Assembly: GCA_017938885.1 (NCBI GenBank)
Contig: JAGBAS010000116.1
Span: 2,760 to 66,759, forward strand
DNA length: 64,000 bases
Source: Clostridia bacterium
Lineage (GTDB): Bacteria > Bacillota > Clostridia > Oscillospirales > CAG-272
Direction: 5' to 3'
Each line of letters starts with the position of its first letter. Within the stretch, counting starts at the first letter, position 1. A program made the position numbers and the translations under genes. This document shows positions 62,701-64,000 of the stretch, piece after piece. Under the pieces are notes generated by a model. That model had not been told where the DNA came from. It searched no databases and worked only from the letters and a program-made list of their open reading frames with translations.

Positions 62701-64000
62701 TGGACAAGGGAATCACAGGCTTCAAGCGGGCCTCCACTATGGCCTCCCTGTCGGTGCTGTTCCAGCAGCCCACCTCCCTCATCCGCGCGGCGGCCTACAT
62801 CGACCCCAAGTACCTGTTCGGTCAGGCCTCCATCGTGGATTTCGCCAACCACAAAAAGCTCTGGGAGCGGCTCTGCAAGTACGCGCCCGTGGGCATCATC
62901 AAGGAGATGGGCGGCTACGATACGGGCGTGGGAGCTCGCACCGGCGACTACCTGAACGCCAAGGTCTACAAGACCCCCAAGGAAAAGTGGGAAGCATTCC
63001 TCAAGCCTGAGCGGTTCGGCGGTGACTCCAACTACCGCGCCGAGGTATTCGGCAGGGGAGCGGCCTACGCCGACGAGATGGCATGGATCCAGATGTTCGA
63101 GGCCTGCGTCAGCGAGCAAGCCGACAAGCTGGGCAAGAGCCGAGACTCCGAGGAGGTTCTGCAGGCCGCAGGAAAACGGTTTGAGGATGTGGTGCGCCGC
63201 ACACAGGTGTATGATTCCACCCTGACCCGCACCGAGTTCATGCGATCCAAGGACACCGGCATGAAGATGTTCACGGCATTCATGGCAGAGCCCTCGACGG
63301 TGGTCTCCATGGTGGCGGATGCCATTATCAAAGGAGAACGGGGAGACACGAAATTTTGGAGAAGAACAGCGGCTGCTGTTCTTGGATCAGTCGTCCTCAA
63401 CGCCATGGCATCGTCACTCATTTACGCCATGAGAGACGATGACGAGGACAAGAGCTATGGAGAGAAATACTTATCCACCCTTGCCATGGAGACTGCAGAG
63501 GCAATCAACTTTGCCGAGTATCTGCCGTTCACCCGCGATATTATGTCACTGGTTAAGGGATACGAGGTGGAGCGCTCAGATATGGCTTTGATCGGAGATC
63601 TGGTCAATTCCATCCGACGGATCACAAGCAATAAGCAGACCGTAGGCCAAAAGATGGAGAGCGTAGGCGGAGCGGTTGCGGCGTTTTTCGGGCTTCCGGT
63701 TACCAATGTCATGCGTGATGTCAACGGGGCGATCTTCACTTTTTTCAAGACCGTGGACACCGAGAGGTTTACCGGAAAGGGTCTGTCGGTAGCCCTGAAG
63801 GAGGAATTTGACATCATGTTCGGTGTGTGGGACGATGAAATCAAGAATGGCTACCAGCTGTATCAATCGAAGCTGGACGGCGACGAAGAGCATTACAACC
63901 GCGTGGCGGCTCGTTATGAGTCCCAGAAAGACGTGGAGCTGGATCTCAGACGGGCACTGCGCTCGTTTGATCCCAGAATCCATGAAGCCGCCGAAGCCCG
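56703..64000 (+). CDS. Giant multidomain virion-type ('polyvalent'-like) protein, more than 2,432 codons, 3'-truncated by window edge; contains a HEXXH zinc-metallopeptidase motif
   Basis: I read frame 0 codon by codon from the ATG at 56703 to 63998 and found no stop. It is absent from the ORF track, presumably because it has no stop in the window. Only off-frame and antisense ORFs are listed there. HEVTH lies at 58863-58877 (..ALYTLGHEVTHYIKEW..). Confidence 0.85.
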   Translation, partial: MAGIMRRKGEKRVYTGREEVNTGEYKGGALRAKGQSRSGLTVGETVGYAAKRAGTDFLRVGEGVVDAALVPIDLITGNVEQAKSRFLDSPVDAMRERLDREYNPGKVAGFIGDIAGDIGQSVGYGLISAIPYAGQPMMYSSIIEQSISSAAEKTGEVGLKEVGYGATVGGLEGLLESKLGAGVNAFKGIGSAILKKTGLNVAESAAKAGGKTMLKSVLTETAKGAAGEFAEEAISEAVDPALLRLYNIDENAQFSLKDVAYAGLIGGLSGGMMSAGPAAINYRSSVSVGRALQESGMDGDLINRAKYTLSALEAAQTRSTSQIKGKPEGDTKETAKEWLSRTAENRKVKRLSRETKELADKVRKNIDAYEKYRADPKMSNSEPVAALLGELRGNLFLVGYAYEADVIEQVMMDATDEQRQAFVDAVNEELKKQGKKHDYTLADFDANKDDIRRGLAGLLMADEMQGYTVKYGAEATESPVEPAQAPQDTTAEEVADQEENAATEDLSGIEEEVWRAVTDETVKGYGTQNEQEEALLRAAVSQNVPEKSIPLMLERFREGTDMTPAEFADAWADGVLLFGRLGLNEKKISQESALSRMSEKARHASIEYGKYLSEEQRAKEQEAAKKKKRPVKEGASKKPKGEVVRHPGINLKEDLDDAQFTAYKAAEIMAPALKADIEIHKGLKRDGKEVNGYYDLKTNTIHVNINAVRDGKHIALYTLGHEVTHYIKEWSPKKFYELGDYVMDQLGEGAEKAVRDKLDFLKKNDLVKGLDETEAYDRAYEEVVADGMELVLTDGTVLNELARENKTLWQKIKDRIFEIIEKIKKAYGDLSKTSRTAQILSETMDSLDEIEQLFYEGVREAGERTRTAGVGEAVGNGNEIIYSSTENFKEDKYFKSQMAKWENLKHGSYVKVGTLGEGSPLCQVGMPSGTIRYDVDKLKRNITDHDDYLTVELLNEIPNILANPVAISEYSQENTISVFGDVFVGKSPMMVGVTISHDRAGNEISKVRTYNTRRDVGNLITDETVLYLGEDKKRTREWFQACGIQVPLGGTKFGFIRSIAQRKYSVNSKFSISENIPSTLSAEDQNLLFDADFYERYENESREPITETVEELEAAKASEAFATMSDDEAFDLNAKLKAKRAGYDTVYDYYVETEKERMAEEYRRYVQTGRSNRTSRTLEEKRKKAQKERTLRSNVDSATPLQNAQYQIIQETNPMWDEYHTGIRSPKEIKTFAEVAEDPDSFTWGDFTREDARKALRDGTVRVYSSYAIKNGVFVSTSYQQALEYAGNDPARVHSRVVALDSVAWINGDEGQYAKVYKDDGIRYSIDETPETPDVSDSAATDRDMLLAMAEKLVGSEEENRILTNYKSHYDTQKSRQAKLDELTAEMREQQSTMMYGESAERRSAAAKRLPAIYKEMSKISEQLADADRKLTEIEGMKAIRNLLKREYAKAREIQKNIYDTRAKVKREAAETTELRRKTRRIYNRVLRLLVSPNRKRNIPYELQGIAAEALKTANMDIEAMERLEKLEQELTALEREAVPNPEKIAQKEEEIEAQEKKVGKTKDHLQVMIEIFEKAKNIKEGVGRSVYDEAALAKLKDLQSKIGNTTIGKMNREQLQALKDFYDILYTRISNANKMLSEEREATVEEYGSKATTEASDAKSLKFLSPKSMELKGMANVRQFFWKNMKPLTVFEAIGSDTFTRLFQSVLNGENVWARDIEEARKKIVETREKYGYDKWELDKRVEVKDKDGKTVRLSLSEMMSLYAYTKRKQAMGHLEGGGFVLDPGATEMAKGKVISFADMERRLNHAERHVVDQLIIGEIASKLTAEQKAYVDEMQTYLTKLGERGNTVSRKLYGIDIFTEEYYFPIKVQSEYLESHTGRTGDPNIKNRGMTKEVTPEADNPLVLQGFDAVMVDHINSMATYHAFVLPVEDLTRVLNYKPSNAKIDEDGNWTVDESRKDYSTLKAVIEEKYGAEANHYIEQLIRDLNGGARRDAAATLLDKGITGFKRASTMASLSVLFQQPTSLIRAAAYIDPKYLFGQASIVDFANHKKLWERLCKYAPVGIIKEMGGYDTGVGARTGDYLNAKVYKTPKEKWEAFLKPERFGGDSNYRAEVFGRGAAYADEMAWIQMFEACVSEQADKLGKSRDSEEVLQAAGKRFEDVVRRTQVYDSTLTRTEFMRSKDTGMKMFTAFMAEPSTVVSMVADAIIKGERGDTKFWRRTAAAVLGSVVLNAMASSLIYAMRDDDEDKSYGEKYLSTLAMETAEAINFAEYLPFTRDIMSLVKGYEVERSDMALIGDLVNSIRRITSNKQTVGQKMESVGGAVAAFFGLPVTNVMRDVNGAIFTFFKTVDTERFTGKGLSVALKEEFDIMFGVWDDEIKNGYQLYQSKLDGDEEHYNRVAARYESQKDVELDLRRALRSFDPRIHEAAEA

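Larger units (their letters stand above)
30075..64000. mobile_element. Integrated temperate phage (prophage); left junction at tRNA-derived att, right end beyond the window
   Basis: Tyrosine integrase next to att, repressor/switch regions, early genes, Rep, TerS/TerL, portal, Prp, scaffold, capsid and giant virion-type ORF. Almost all are on the + strand after 33.8 kb. Confidence 0.9.

Overview
High-GC chromosomal window that looks like a spore-forming Clostridia-type Firmicute. This is an inference from an alpha/beta SASP gene, an ispH-rpsA fusion gene and the SD/codon style. nt 1-29,900 is ordinary housekeeping DNA: rlmB (5'-truncated), a TIGR03960/TIGR03936 radical-SAM pair, a THUMP RNA methyltransferase, rsmE, a PucR-type regulator, an S41 protease, greA, a DMT transporter operon, cysK, an SdpI-like protein, a SASP, an RpiR regulator, a HI0933-type flavoprotein, cmk, plsC and ispH-rpsA. 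This part also holds three nested-palindrome intergenic elements and one nucleotidyltransferase gene broken by an in-frame TAG. From about 30,075 to the window end (at least 34 kb) lies an integrated temperate phage. It is inserted at the 3' end of a minus-strand tRNA, and two att-core copies are visible but no intact tRNA. The prophage carries a tyrosine integrase, two separate repressor/switch regions, PcfK-like (AcrIIA9-family)/PcfJ/DUF3102 genes and an HUH Rep. Its structural genes follow: TerS/TerL, portal, a phage-encoded Prp protease with DLQIFA leaders on scaffold and capsid, and a giant ORF. That giant ORF (56,703 to beyond 64,000, more than 2,430 codons, HEXXH motif) is missing from the supplied ORF track because it has no stop in the window. 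The most unusual loci are listed here. (i) A low-GC gene for a membrane-anchored coiled-coil SWIM-finger protein is co-transcribed with the cI-like repressor and followed by a terminator, a 20-bp palindrome and 21-bp iterons. (ii) A 130-nt helix-closed structured element sits directly after a consensus early promoter. (iii) Two face-to-face consensus promoters 1.65 kb apart enclose interleaved, convergently overlapping small ORFs joined by repeated 43-bp bidirectional RBS cassettes. (iv) An AT-rich self-regulated cassette lies next to a tRNA-half-like sequence. Functional calls come from motif recognition by eye, not from database searches.
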